Shown: positions 13,511-24,361 of the stretch, piece by piece | Layout of the letters: every line of letters begins with the position of its first letter | Numbering within the stretch: position 1 is the first letter of the stretch | Assembly (NCBI GenBank): GCA_036310785.1 | Contig: JAXJRE010000289.1 | Location: forward strand, 1 to 37,983 | Direction of reading: 5' to 3' | DNA length: 37,983 nt | Source: Acutalibacteraceae bacterium | GTDB lineage: Bacteria > Bacillota > Clostridia > Oscillospirales > Acutalibacteraceae | Position numbers and translations under genes: made by a program | Notes under the pieces: model-generated | Seen by the model: the letters and a program-made list of their open reading frames with translations, nothing else | The model's database searches: none | What the model was told of the DNA's origin: nothing

Positions 13511-14938
13511 ATGCTATATAAATTTGACACAAAGGTACAGTATCTTAAATATAAAGTTCTCCGTGAAGTAGCCCGCCATGCGTGGAACGACACCTTGCTG
13601 GACAATATTCTTGAAATTCCCAAGACTATTGTTCCCGGCAACACACCGACAATGAGATGCTGTGTTTATAAGGAACGTGCAATTCTCGGAGAGCGTGTTA
13701 AGCTTGCAATGGGCGGAGACAAGACAAATCCGAATGTTATCGAGGTTATCGAAACCGCCTGTGACGAGTGCCCTATGGGCGGATACGAGGTAACGAATGC
13801 GTGCAGAGGCTGTCTTGCACACCGCTGTATGGACGCCTGTCGTTTCGGAGCTATCACGTTCGACAGCAACCACGTTGCACATATCGACAAAAATCTCTGC
13901 AAGGAGTGCGGTGCCTGTTCGAGAGTTTGTCCCTATACCGCTATCATCAGCCGTAAGCGCCCCTGCGAGAACGCCTGCAAGATCAAGGCTATCTCAATGA
14001 ACGAGAACAAGGCGGCAGCTATCAATAATGACAAGTGTATCGCCTGCGGTGCCTGTGTTTATCAGTGCCCGTTCGGCGCAATCACGGACAAATCCTTTAT
14101 CCTTGACGTTATCGACATCATCAAAAAGAGCGAGAACAATGCGAAGTACAAGGTTTATGCCGTTGTTGCTCCGACGATTTCGAGCCAGTTCAAGTATGCA
14201 AAGCTCGGTCAGGTCATAACGGGACTTAAAAAGCTCGGTTTCCATACCGTTATTGAAGCGGCTCTCGGAGCTGATATGGTTGCTTTTGCAGAGTCGAAAG
14301 AGCTTGCGGAAAAAGGATTTTTGACAAGCTCCTGCTGTCCTGCTTTTGTCAGCTATATTGAAAAATCCTTCCCTCAGCTTTTACCATATGTTTCGCACAA
14401 TCTTTCTCCTATGGGTGCAATATCAAAGTATATCAAGGATACTGAGGAAAATTGTAGGGTTATTTTCATCGGACCCTGCACGGCGAAGAAGGCCGAGGTT
14501 CAGAAAGACTCTGTTCGTCCGTATGTTGACGCCGCATTGACATTTGAGGAGCTTCAGGCTCTCTTTGACAGCCGTGATATTGATATCACAGAGCTTGAGG
14601 AGGGTATGCTTGACAACGCATCTTATTACGGAAGAATTTTCGCACGCTGCGGAGGACTTTCCGACGCTGTTGCCGAGGGTCTCAAGGAGCACGGTATAGA
14701 TGACTTTGAGCTTAATGCCTGTTCCTGCGACGGAATTGAGGCTTGCCGCACCGCCCTGCTCAAAAAGAGCAAGGATAAGCTTGACGCAAACTTCATCGAG
14801 GGTATGGCTTGTATCGGCGGCTGTATCGGCGGCGCAGGCTGTCTGACTCACGGTGAGAGAAACAAGGCGGAGGTTGACAAATACGGCAGAGAAGCCTACG
14901 AAAAGACCATTACCGACGCTATTTCGATGCTGAAATAA
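13511..14938 (+). CDS. hydA: Monomeric catalytic-type [FeFe]-hydrogenase (HydA2/group B-like) with a Cys-rich N-terminus and two ferredoxin-type [4Fe-4S] motifs
   Basis: H-cluster motifs TSSCCPAFV, FIGPCTAKKAE and EGMACIGGCIGGAG, plus CKECGACSRVCP and CIACGACVYQCP. A GGAGG RBS is present. Confidence 0.85.
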   Translation: MLYKFDTKVQYLKYKVLREVARHAWNDTLLDNILEIPKTIVPGNTPTMRCCVYKERAILGERVKLAMGGDKTNPNVIEVIETACDECPMGGYEVTNACRGCLAHRCMDACRFGAITFDSNHVAHIDKNLCKECGACSRVCPYTAIISRKRPCENACKIKAISMNENKAAAINNDKCIACGACVYQCPFGAITDKSFILDVIDIIKKSENNAKYKVYAVVAPTISSQFKYAKLGQVITGLKKLGFHTVIEAALGADMVAFAESKELAEKGFLTSSCCPAFVSYIEKSFPQLLPYVSHNLSPMGAISKYIKDTEENCRVIFIGPCTAKKAEVQKDSVRPYVDAALTFEELQALFDSRDIDITELEEGMLDNASYYGRIFARCGGLSDAVAEGLKEHGIDDFELNACSCDGIEACRTALLKKSKDKLDANFIEGMACIGGCIGGAGCLTHGERNKAEVDKYGREAYEKTITDAISMLK

Positions 14939-14954
14939 GTTACCGAAAAAAATA

Positions 14955-14983
14955 AATGGGACTGTTAGTGAGACAGTCCCATT
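14955..14983. terminator. Bidirectional intrinsic terminator between convergent hydA and the PLC-like gene
   Basis: An 11-bp perfect stem, AATGGGACTGT / ACAGTCCCATT, with a 7-nt loop. It has an A-run upstream and a T-rich run downstream. Confidence 0.75.
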
Positions 14984-14989
14984 ATTATT

Positions 14990-15892
14990 TTATGTACAGG
15001 TTTTAAGCCTGTTCTTATATTCCGTTCGCTTACTTTCGATGACGTTGTTCTTGTTCAGGTTCAGGTTGAGAATTTCCCTGACCTTGAAGAAGTCTTCCGT
15101 CATAAAGTCGCCTGCGATAATATTGGCTCTTGCAAGACATTTTGGCGTGTTGGCAATGGTATTTATCAAAGCCTTGAAATGCCAGCGCAGAGCCTTATCA
15201 AGCTTCCTCGGAAAGACAACGCCGATATCTGTGCCGAGATTAGGTGTCTGCTGAGTCTGAAACCAGTAAAAGCCGTTCGTGTCGTTCGTGTCGAAGAAAT
15301 CCGTTGCCTCGGTGACGAACTCAAAAGCGTGCTTGCCGTGACGCTTCTTTTCCCACGGGAGAATGTGCGGACAGTTTACGCTGTATTTGTATTCCTCGCA
15401 GTAGTTTATCATAATAAACCGTTTGCCAGATTTTCTCATATCGCCCATTGTGACATCACCGATGTTGTCAAAATCGGTGAAGGCATATTTGGACGGCTCA
15501 AGACATCTTTCGAGAATTTCATCAACCTTTTTCGGATCGGCATGGAAGTTCAGCTCGATCGGGCCGAAACGCTGAGGCTGATATTCCCTGATATCAAGAA
15601 TGAAAAATTCGGACGGGTGCTCGTCTATGACCTTGCGGAATTTCATCAGCTCCGGCTCAAAGGGCAAGCCCTTTGTTATTCCGTGGCAGAAAACGATCTG
15701 ACCGTTTTTATCCGTGTCAAGTCTGACGCAGAAATGACGGATACCGTATTCAAACTGCTGAACGAGGTCACCGTCCTGACAGCAGGCAATGGGCTTCATC
15801 TTGAAGCTTCCTGCGTTGTGTGCGCTGGGCATTACGACATTGCAAAGCTTTACATCATCCTTGATGTAGGACATCCATTCGGAGTAAATCAT
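14990..15892 (-). CDS. PI-PLC X-domain-like phosphodiesterase, with no signal peptide
   Basis: EWM...MPSAHNAGS...GIRHFCVRLD...FCHG...HPSEFFILDIRE parallels the bacterial PI-PLC pattern W..IPGTHDSG..GIR..D.R..HHG..HP.E.I...K.E. Confidence 0.55.
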   Translation of the reverse strand: MIYSEWMSYIKDDVKLCNVVMPSAHNAGSFKMKPIACCQDGDLVQQFEYGIRHFCVRLDTDKNGQIVFCHGITKGLPFEPELMKFRKVIDEHPSEFFILDIREYQPQRFGPIELNFHADPKKVDEILERCLEPSKYAFTDFDNIGDVTMGDMRKSGKRFIMINYCEEYKYSVNCPHILPWEKKRHGKHAFEFVTEATDFFDTNDTNGFYWFQTQQTPNLGTDIGVVFPRKLDKALRWHFKALINTIANTPKCLARANIIAGDFMTEDFFKVREILNLNLNKNNVIESKRTEYKNRLKTCT

Positions 15893-15906
15893 ATTCTTTC
15901 ACATCC

Positions 15907-16743
15907 TTAAATGTTGTAGCAAATACTGATCTTGTGCCTGAGTACCTCTTTTATACAGTCAATCGCTCCACGCATATAAATCTTGGGATCATAGACTTCG
16001 GGATCTTTGGCAAACTCGGCCTTGATGCCGTTTGTATAAGCCTGACGAAGCTCGGTTGCAAAGTTTATTTTGGTGATACCTGCCGCTATGCAGTCCCTCA
16101 GCACCTCATCGGAAAGACCTGAAGCGCCGTGAAGCACAAGCGGAGTTTCAATAGCGGAGTGGATTTCCTTAATGCGGTCAATGTTGATGTGCGGCGTTCC
16201 CTTGTATACGCCGTGAGCCGTGCCGACTCCGATAGCAAGGGTGCTGACATTGGTTCGTCTGACAAATTCCTCCGCTTCGCTGACCTTTGTGTAGCTGGAT
16301 TCAAGCTCCGTGTCGCCCTCCTCCTTGCCGCCGATCGTGCCCAACTCACCCTCGACGGAAACGTCCATCGGCAGGGCAAAGTCCGTGACCTCTTTTGTAA
16401 ATTTAATGTTGTCCTCAAACGGCATTGCGCTTCCGTCAAACATAACGGACGAAAAACCGCCGGCAACGCATTTCTTTGCAAGGCTGAGGCTACTGCCGTG
16501 GTCAAGGTGCAGAGCATAGTCAACGGGACAGTCCGCCATAAGCTCACGCATCATTGCAGGATAAATTGCTATTCCGCCATAGTTGAGAGTTCTCGGAATC
16601 ATCTGAACGATGACGGGAGTTCTCATTTCGTGCATTATCTCGGAAACCGCCATAGCGGATTCAAGATTGTCAATGTTGAATGCCGGAATGGCATAGCTTT
16701 CTTTTGCGGCTCTTTTCATAAGCCTTGCGGAAGAAACCACCAT
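15907..16743 (-). CDS. fba: Class II fructose/tagatose-bisphosphate aldolase
   Basis: AIPAFNI, HLDHG and GTAHG motifs. The RBS is GAAGGTG. Confidence 0.85.
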   Translation of the reverse strand: MVVSSARLMKRAAKESYAIPAFNIDNLESAMAVSEIMHEMRTPVIVQMIPRTLNYGGIAIYPAMMRELMADCPVDYALHLDHGSSLSLAKKCVAGGFSSVMFDGSAMPFEDNIKFTKEVTDFALPMDVSVEGELGTIGGKEEGDTELESSYTKVSEAEEFVRRTNVSTLAIGVGTAHGVYKGTPHINIDRIKEIHSAIETPLVLHGASGLSDEVLRDCIAAGITKINFATELRQAYTNGIKAEFAKDPEVYDPKIYMRGAIDCIKEVLRHKISICYNI

Positions 16744-16767
16744 AATAACACCTTCGTTCTGAAAAAA

Positions 16768-17325
16768 TCAGTCTTTAAAATTTATCATTTTCCAACCGTT
16801 TGCCATATATACGGCTCCTGAAACTACTGAAATAACCGCCGTGACACCCATAAGGATATTGGATATCAGGCTCATATTGAAGCCGAGTGAAAAAACTTCG
16901 GAAATCTCGAAAAGCACCATAACGGCAATGAAAGAAACCATTTGGGCAACGGTTTTTATTTTGCCGCCGATGTTTGCCGGGATAACAAGATTTTGCGCTG
17001 CCGCTATCATTCTCAGCGAGGTTACGGCAAAGTCCCTTGTCAGTATTATCATAACGATCCAGATACTGCAAAGTCCGTCTTTCATAAAGGCAAGCAAGCC
17101 TGCCGTTACAAGCATTTTGTCAGCGATCGGATCAAGAAGCTTGCCGAAATTCGTGACAATATTATTTTTCCTTGCAATGCTGCCGTCAAGAGCGTCGGTA
17201 ATTGCACCGAGGGCAAAGATGATTGCGGAAAAAAGAAATTTATGTTCGATGCCGGCAAGATATATCGCAAGAAAAATCGGAGCGATAAACATCCTGCCGA
17301 GCGTGATTTTATTGGGTAAATTCAT
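16768..17325 (-). CDS. pgsA: CDP-diacylglycerol--glycerol-3-phosphate 3-phosphatidyltransferase
   Basis: CDP-alcohol phosphotransferase motif DALDGSIAR...G...DPIADK. It overlaps rimO through an ATGA junction. Confidence 0.9.
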   Translation of the reverse strand: MNLPNKITLGRMFIAPIFLAIYLAGIEHKFLFSAIIFALGAITDALDGSIARKNNIVTNFGKLLDPIADKMLVTAGLLAFMKDGLCSIWIVMIILTRDFAVTSLRMIAAAQNLVIPANIGGKIKTVAQMVSFIAVMVLFEISEVFSLGFNMSLISNILMGVTAVISVVSGAVYMANGWKMINFKD

Positions 17326-18653
17326 TGTTTTACCTCTCCGATAAGATCGTAGTCCTCAACATCGAAGATCTCTACCTCTGCAAAATCGCCGATATCAAGA
17401 TCCCTGTCGGAGGTGAATCTGACAAGACCGTCAATTTCGGGAGCGTCCATATATGTCCTGCCCGTGTAGCTGTCGGAATATCCGTCATAGTCCTCAACGA
17501 TGACCTTGTAGGTCTTTCCTATCTTCTCGTTGTTCTTTTCCTCCATTATGCTGTACTGATCCTGCATAATGATCTCGCCGCGGCGTGTCTTGACGTCCTC
17601 CTCAACCTGATCCTCCATATCGTAAGCGGGAGTTCCCTCCTGAGCGGAGAATGTGAAAACACCGAGACGGTCAAATTCAATCTCGTTGACAAAAACAGCA
17701 AGATTTTCAAACTCGTCCTCGCCCTCGCCGGGGAAACCGACGATAAAGGTCGTTCTGATTACAACATCGGGAATTTCCGTTCTGAGCTTTTCAATCACAT
17801 TGCGGATCATTGCCTGATCGCCTCTGCGGTTCATCGCCTTGAGGATTTTATCGTCGGCGTGCTGGAGCGGAAGATCAATATAGTTTACGACCTTATCCTG
17901 CTTTTTCATTGTTTCGATAAGCTCGTCGGTTATTCTGTCAGGGTAGCAGTAAAGAAGTCTGATCCATTCAATCGAGTCGATTTTGCAAAGCTCGTTGAGA
18001 AGCTCAGGCAATTTTAATTCACCGTAAAGGTCAAGTCCGTAGCTTGTTGTGTCCTGAGCGATGAGGATAAGCTCTTTAACTCCCGACTCGGCAAGCTGTT
18101 TAGCTTCCTCGATAACGTTTTCCATACTGCGGCTTCTCATATTTCCTCTGATCGAGGGAATGGTGCAGTAGGTGCATCTGTTTGAGCAACCCTCTCCGAT
18201 TTTGAGGTATGCCCAGTACTGCGGAGTGGTGAGTATTCTCTGTCCCTCAAGAGGCAGGTCAATTCTCGGCGGATACTTTTCTATCGTGTCAACGCCGGAC
18301 ATAACCTCCTCAATCGTCTTGACAATATCGCCGTTTGCGCCGATTCCGACAACGGCGTCAACCTCAGGGATCTCCGTAACGATCTCGTCCTTATATCGCT
18401 GAGCAAGACAGCCCGTGACAATTATCTTGCTGATAATTCCCTCTTTTTTCAGCTCGACCATATCGAGGATATTTTCGATCGCCTCTTTCTTTGCATCGTC
18501 GATAAAGCCGCAGGTGTTGACAATAACAACATCACAGCCGTTAACGTAATCGACAATCTCACAGCCGGCGGCGTCGATAAGAGCCAGCATATGCTCGGCG
18601 TCAACCTGATTTTTCGGACAGCCGAGAGAGATCATTCCAACCTTGTATTCCAT
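17322..18653 (-). CDS. rimO: Ribosomal protein S12 methylthiotransferase RimO
   Basis: MTTase N-domain (ISLGCPKNQVD), radical-SAM motif CSNRCTYC and a C-terminal TRAM domain. I set the start at ATG 18653 because AAGGTGG lies 5 nt upstream. Confidence 0.9.
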   Translation of the reverse strand: MEYKVGMISLGCPKNQVDAEHMLALIDAAGCEIVDYVNGCDVVIVNTCGFIDDAKKEAIENILDMVELKKEGIISKIIVTGCLAQRYKDEIVTEIPEVDAVVGIGANGDIVKTIEEVMSGVDTIEKYPPRIDLPLEGQRILTTPQYWAYLKIGEGCSNRCTYCTIPSIRGNMRSRSMENVIEEAKQLAESGVKELILIAQDTTSYGLDLYGELKLPELLNELCKIDSIEWIRLLYCYPDRITDELIETMKKQDKVVNYIDLPLQHADDKILKAMNRRGDQAMIRNVIEKLRTEIPDVVIRTTFIVGFPGEGEDEFENLAVFVNEIEFDRLGVFTFSAQEGTPAYDMEDQVEEDVKTRRGEIIMQDQYSIMEEKNNEKIGKTYKVIVEDYDGYSDSYTGRTYMDAPEIDGLVRFTSDRDLDIGDFAEVEIFDVEDYDLIGEVKQ

Positions 18654-18663
18654 AGAATCCACC

Positions 18664-19296
18664 TTAGTATTCCTCATAGTATTCGTCGTCGGAAAATTCG
18701 CTCATCGCTTCACGGATATCCGAAAAAGTGTAACCCATTCGTTGCAGAGCGGAAAAGACCTTTTTTCTTCCGACTTCGTCATTCATTCTATTATAATATT
18801 TTTTTTCAATAATATCAACTATTCTTTGAATATTATCGGGTTCTTCATCCTCAAAAAGTGAATTAACAGCCTCAGAAGCGATATCCGAAGCAATTCCTTT
18901 TGCGATAAGCTCGGATTTTATGCGGATTTTACCGAATTTTTTGTGTTCAAAAAGCTCACGGGCATAGTTTTCGGCGTATCGCTCATCGTTAATCAGGTCA
19001 AGCTCTATCAGCTTTTCGACAGCCTCGTCAACATATTCCGCACCGTGCTTTCTTTTTAACTTCGCCCTGATCTCCTTTTCGGAATGATCGCGGTAGTCCA
19101 GACTGTTCAAAGCGCTGTTAAAAGCACGGCGAGAGCCTGCCGCCTCCTCAAAGGCAGTAAGCTCCTCCTCGTTTATTTCATCGCCGGAGACATATCCGCA
19201 GGAAAACCAGAATATTTCGTCCACGGTCAGCCTATATTCTCCGTCAATATATATATGAATTTTGTCCTTTCGTCCGCTTTTCGCCGTGATCTTCAT
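18664..19296 (-). CDS. recX: RecA regulator RecX
   Basis: The position immediately after recA (TGATG overlap), the size, and the helical repeat pattern typical of RecX. Confidence 0.8.
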   Translation of the reverse strand: MKITAKSGRKDKIHIYIDGEYRLTVDEIFWFSCGYVSGDEINEEELTAFEEAAGSRRAFNSALNSLDYRDHSEKEIRAKLKRKHGAEYVDEAVEKLIELDLINDERYAENYARELFEHKKFGKIRIKSELIAKGIASDIASEAVNSLFEDEEPDNIQRIVDIIEKKYYNRMNDEVGRKKVFSALQRMGYTFSDIREAMSEFSDDEYYEEY

Positions 19297-20411
19297 CAGT
19301 CGTCATCAACCGCTATGTCAAGCTTTGCCTTTGCGGAAACAGGATCGGCAGGTGTGCTTTCCGACGCCGGAGCGACAGGCTTAACCTTGCCTTTTTTGCC
19401 CGTTGCGGACTTGCAGGCCTGAAGCATTGCGTCCTTGTTGGCATGGATCTTGTTTTTAATCTCCTCGCACAGATCGGGATCGTTTTTGAGAAGCTCCTTG
19501 ACGTTTTCTCTGCCCTGACCGAGACGTGTATCGCCGTAGGAGAACCATGCGCCGCTCTTGTGGATAACGTCCATGGAAACTGCGATGTCGAGGATTTCGC
19601 CGACCTTGGAGATGCCCTCGCCGTATATTATATCAAACTCGGCCTCCTTGAACGGGGGAGCGACCTTGTTCTTTACAATTTTAACCTTTGTTCTTGAGCC
19701 GACAAATTCTCCGTTTGCACCCTTGAGGGTTTCCGCCTTTCTGACATCAAGACGCATTGAAGCGTAGAATTTCAGCGCACGTCCGCCCGTCGTGGTTTCG
19801 GGATTGCCGTACATTACTCCGATTTTTTCACGGAGCTGATTTATGAAAATGATAATCGTATTCGATTTGTTGATTGCACCCGCAAGCTTTCTCAAAGCCT
19901 GCGACATAAGTCTTGCGTGCTGACCGACATGGGATTCGCCCATTTCACCCTCGATCTCCGAACGGGGAACAAGAGCGGCAACCGAGTCAACTACAACGAT
20001 GTCGATAGCTCCGGAACGAACGAGAGCTTCGGCAATTTCAAGAGCCTGCTCGCCGTTATCGGGCTGAGAAACAAGCAGGGAGTCAACGTCAACGCCGAGA
20101 TTTGCGGCGTAAACGGGATCAAGTGCGTGCTCCGCATCAATGAATGCGGCTTCACCGCCGGCTTTCTGCGCCTCGGCGACAGCGTGCAGAGCGAGAGTTG
20201 TTTTACCGGAGGATTCCGGTCCGTATATTTCCACGATTCTGCCCTTGGGAAGTCCGCCGATACCCGTTGCGGCGTCGAGAGCCAACGATCCTGTTGAGAT
20301 AGCCTCAACGTTCATGGCGACATTCTGTCCCAAACGCATAACCGTTCCTTTACCGTATTGTTTTTCAAGCTGAGCAATAGCTGTTTCCAAAGCCTTCTGT
20401 TTATCAGCCAA
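19296..20411 (-). CDS. recA: Recombinase RecA
   Basis: Walker [10 protein letters not shown] and a canonical RecA core. I set the start at TTG 20411 because GGAGGG lies 6 nt upstream and gives MADKQKALE. The tracked 42-codon extension covers the promoter and SOS box. Confidence 0.95.
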   Translation of the reverse strand: MADKQKALETAIAQLEKQYGKGTVMRLGQNVAMNVEAISTGSLALDAATGIGGLPKGRIVEIYGPESSGKTTLALHAVAEAQKAGGEAAFIDAEHALDPVYAANLGVDVDSLLVSQPDNGEQALEIAEALVRSGAIDIVVVDSVAALVPRSEIEGEMGESHVGQHARLMSQALRKLAGAINKSNTIIIFINQLREKIGVMYGNPETTTGGRALKFYASMRLDVRKAETLKGANGEFVGSRTKVKIVKNKVAPPFKEAEFDIIYGEGISKVGEILDIAVSMDVIHKSGAWFSYGDTRLGQGRENVKELLKNDPDLCEEIKNKIHANKDAMLQACKSATGKKGKVKPVAPASESTPADPVSAKAKLDIAVDDD

Positions 20412-20428
20412 AATAATCCCTCCGTATC

Positions 20429-20442
20429 CGTACAAATGTTCG
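20429..20442 (-). promoter_or_regulatory. LexA (SOS/Cheo) box: CGAACATTTGTACG on the - strand
   Basis: It matches 13 of 14 positions of the Firmicute consensus CGAAC-N4-GTTCG. It lies between the recA -10 and the RBS. Confidence 0.75.
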
Positions 20443-20451
20443 ATTGCAGAT

Positions 20452-20480
20452 ATTATACTATAAAATAAGAAAAAATGCAA
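20452..20480 (-). promoter_or_regulatory. recA promoter: TTGCAT, 17-nt spacer, TATAAT
   Basis: On the + strand the hexamers read ATGCAA (20475-20480) and ATTATA (20452-20457). Confidence 0.65.
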
Positions 20481-20618
20481 TATGTTTTGAATATTTTTAA
20501 GAAAAAATTCACAGACGGCAGTTTGGAAAAAACTCAAAGCTTTATGCTGATAATGCTATTGAAAAAAATCCGTTTTGTGTTATACTGATACAAAGTCGGA
20601 ATGAACGGAGGTCGGCGT

Positions 20619-21554
20619 ATGAATTTACTGCATATGAAATATGCCGTTGAAATCGCTGAAACAAAATCCATCAACAAGACCGCCGAAAAGCTTTTTGTCG
20701 GTCAGTCGGCACTGAGCCGTGCTATCAAGGAGCTTGAAGCGAGTCTCGGCGTGACATTGTTTGAACGAAGCGCAAAGGGTATGTTTCTTACCCCGGACGG
20801 CGAGGTATTCGTCCGCTATGCAAAAAATGTTCTCAAACAGGTTGATGTTATTGAAAATATGTTCAGCGAGGGGAATGCCGCAAAAAAGCAGTTTTCTGTC
20901 TCCGTGCCGAGGGCGAGCTATATTGCAGATGCCTTTGCTCAGTTTTCCAAACTGATTGAAGATGGGACTGAGGCGGAGCTTTTCTATAAGGAAACCAACG
21001 CAATGCGTGCCATAAAAAATATACTGAACGATGAATTTAAACTCGGAATAATCCGCTATGCGGAAAGCTATGACAAGTATTATAAGGAAATGATGGACGA
21101 AAAAGGGCTTGAATATGAGCTGATAACCGAGTTCAGATATATGCTTCTTATGAACAGGGAAAGTCCTCTTGCGAAAAAGGAAAAGATAACCTATGAGGAT
21201 CTGAGAGAGCTTGTCATGATAGCTCATGCCGATCCCTATGTACCGTCACTTCCGCTTGCTCAGGTCAAGAAAGAGGAGCTTCCCGACAACTCGGACAGGA
21301 AGATTTTTATTTTTGAGAGGGCGAGTCAGTTTGAACTGCTTGCCGAGAATCATGACACCTTTATGTGGTCGTCACCGATTCCTCAATCGCTCCTTGACCG
21401 CTACGGACTTGTTCAGCGTTACTGTGACGAAAACAAGCGCATGTATAAGGATATCCTGATACACCGCCGTGACTATACTCTTTCCGAGCTTGACAATATG
21501 TTTGTCAGCGAGCTTGTGAAAGCGAAAAGAAGAACTATGGGGGAGGAAACCTGA
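20619..21554 (+). CDS. LysR-family transcriptional regulator
   Basis: N-terminal HTH region MNLLHMKYAVEIAETKSINKTAEKLFVGQSALSRAIKELE. ATG 20619 is preceded by GGAGG. Confidence 0.85.
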   Translation: MNLLHMKYAVEIAETKSINKTAEKLFVGQSALSRAIKELEASLGVTLFERSAKGMFLTPDGEVFVRYAKNVLKQVDVIENMFSEGNAAKKQFSVSVPRASYIADAFAQFSKLIEDGTEAELFYKETNAMRAIKNILNDEFKLGIIRYAESYDKYYKEMMDEKGLEYELITEFRYMLLMNRESPLAKKEKITYEDLRELVMIAHADPYVPSLPLAQVKKEELPDNSDRKIFIFERASQFELLAENHDTFMWSSPIPQSLLDRYGLVQRYCDENKRMYKDILIHRRDYTLSELDNMFVSELVKAKRRTMGEET

Positions 21555-21555
21555 A

Positions 21556-22098
21556 ATGAAATGGCTGATAGCGTCCGATATTCACGGCAGTGCGTACTGG
21601 TGCCGCCGTCTGCTTGAAAAATATGCAGAGGAAAAGGCGGACAGGCTGATCCTGCTCGGCGACGTTCTTTATCACGGACCGAGGAACGACCTGCCCGATG
21701 AGTATGCGCCGAAAAAAGTTATCGAAATGCTCAACGGTATGAGCGACAGCATTCTTTGCGTCAGGGGAAACTGTGACACCGAGGTGGATCAGATGGTGCT
21801 GAATTTCCCCGTGCTTGCGGACTATGCTCTGCTTGACCTCGGCGAAAGAATGATTTATCTTACGCACGGACATATTTACAATGAGAACAACCTGCCTCCG
21901 CTTCGTGAGGGCGACATTCTTCTCCACGGACATACCCATGTTTCGAAATGTGTCGATCACGGGAAATATGTATATATGAATCCCGGCTCGGTTTCAATAC
22001 CAAAGGAGAACACACCACACGGATATATGACGCTTGAAAACGGAACATTTCTTTGGAAATCGCTTGACGGAGAAAAAATCAGGGCATATACATTATAA
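21556..22098 (+). CDS. yfcE: YfcE-type metallophosphoesterase (MJ0936 family phosphodiesterase)
   Basis: DIHGS, LGDVLYHGPRN, VRGNCD, THGH and GHTH motifs are collinear with E. coli YfcE. Confidence 0.85.
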   Translation: MKWLIASDIHGSAYWCRRLLEKYAEEKADRLILLGDVLYHGPRNDLPDEYAPKKVIEMLNGMSDSILCVRGNCDTEVDQMVLNFPVLADYALLDLGERMIYLTHGHIYNENNLPPLREGDILLHGHTHVSKCVDHGKYVYMNPGSVSIPKENTPHGYMTLENGTFLWKSLDGEKIRAYTL

Positions 22099-22103
22099 AA
22101 AAG

Positions 22104-22173
22104 ACGGAGATCATTTTTATTTCCGTGTGAATTAAAACTAAAAGCAGACGGAGCGTTAAGTTCCATCTGCTTT
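22104..22173. terminator. Double-hairpin bidirectional terminator module between convergent yfcE and groEL. It is repeat copy 1; the other copy is at 31448-31518.
   Basis: Hairpin ACGGAGAT/ATTTCCGT spans 22104-22126. Hairpin AAAGCAGACGGA-N9-TCCATCTGCTTT spans 22141-22173. T-runs follow on the - strand. Confidence 0.7.
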
Positions 22174-22211
22174 AGTTTATCTATGAAATGATATTGACTT
22201 GATGTCTTTTA

Positions 22212-23864
<1,653 letters not shown>

Positions 23865-23867
23865 CTA

Positions 23868-24216
<349 letters not shown>

Positions 24217-24220
24217 TTAT

Positions 24221-24248
24221 ATTATAGCCACTTTATTTTAAAAATCAA
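24221..24248 (-). promoter_or_regulatory. groESL promoter: TTGATT, 16-nt spacer, TATAAT
   Basis: On the + strand the hexamers read AATCAA (24243-24248) and ATTATA (24221-24226). Confidence 0.65.
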
Positions 24249-24361
24249 GTCTTTTTGAAAAAATTCACAATTTGATAATATTTTCCTTAAATACTGTCTC
24301 AAAAGTCTTTACCCGAAGTAAATATAGTGCTAAAATGATATAAGAAAAGGCAGGTGTTCAA

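Noticed and set aside
10107-14938. Interpretation of the ferredoxin-like genes plus hydrogenases as an electron-bifurcating HydABC-type complex
   Set aside because: No NuoF-like flavoprotein subunit is encoded in the window. The small proteins are stand-alone ~80-aa thioredoxin-like ferredoxins. One hydrogenase homologue carries PAS and sensor-type substitutions.
20412-20537. A 42-codon N-terminal extension of RecA in the ORF track ([15 protein letters not shown]...). Similar upstream extensions occur at 1083-1130 (lipoprotein), 20601-20618 (LysR), 18654-18677 (RimO) and 35390-35404 (PurA).
   Set aside because: The recA extension covers the recA promoter, SOS box and RBS. In each case a start codon with a well-spaced GGAGG-type RBS lies downstream and gives the canonical protein N-terminus.
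24253-24270. Rex-operator-like sequence TTTTGAA-AAAA-TTCACAA, matching 13 of 14 positions of TTGTGAA-N4-TTCACAA, between the groES promoter and the TIM-barrel gene
   Set aside because: It is mostly an A/T homopolymer context. It lies about 40 nt upstream of the nearest plausible -35 for the + strand gene and just upstream of the groES -35. That is not a repressor-type position, and neither gene is an expected Rex target. A chance match is likely, so I list it only for completeness.
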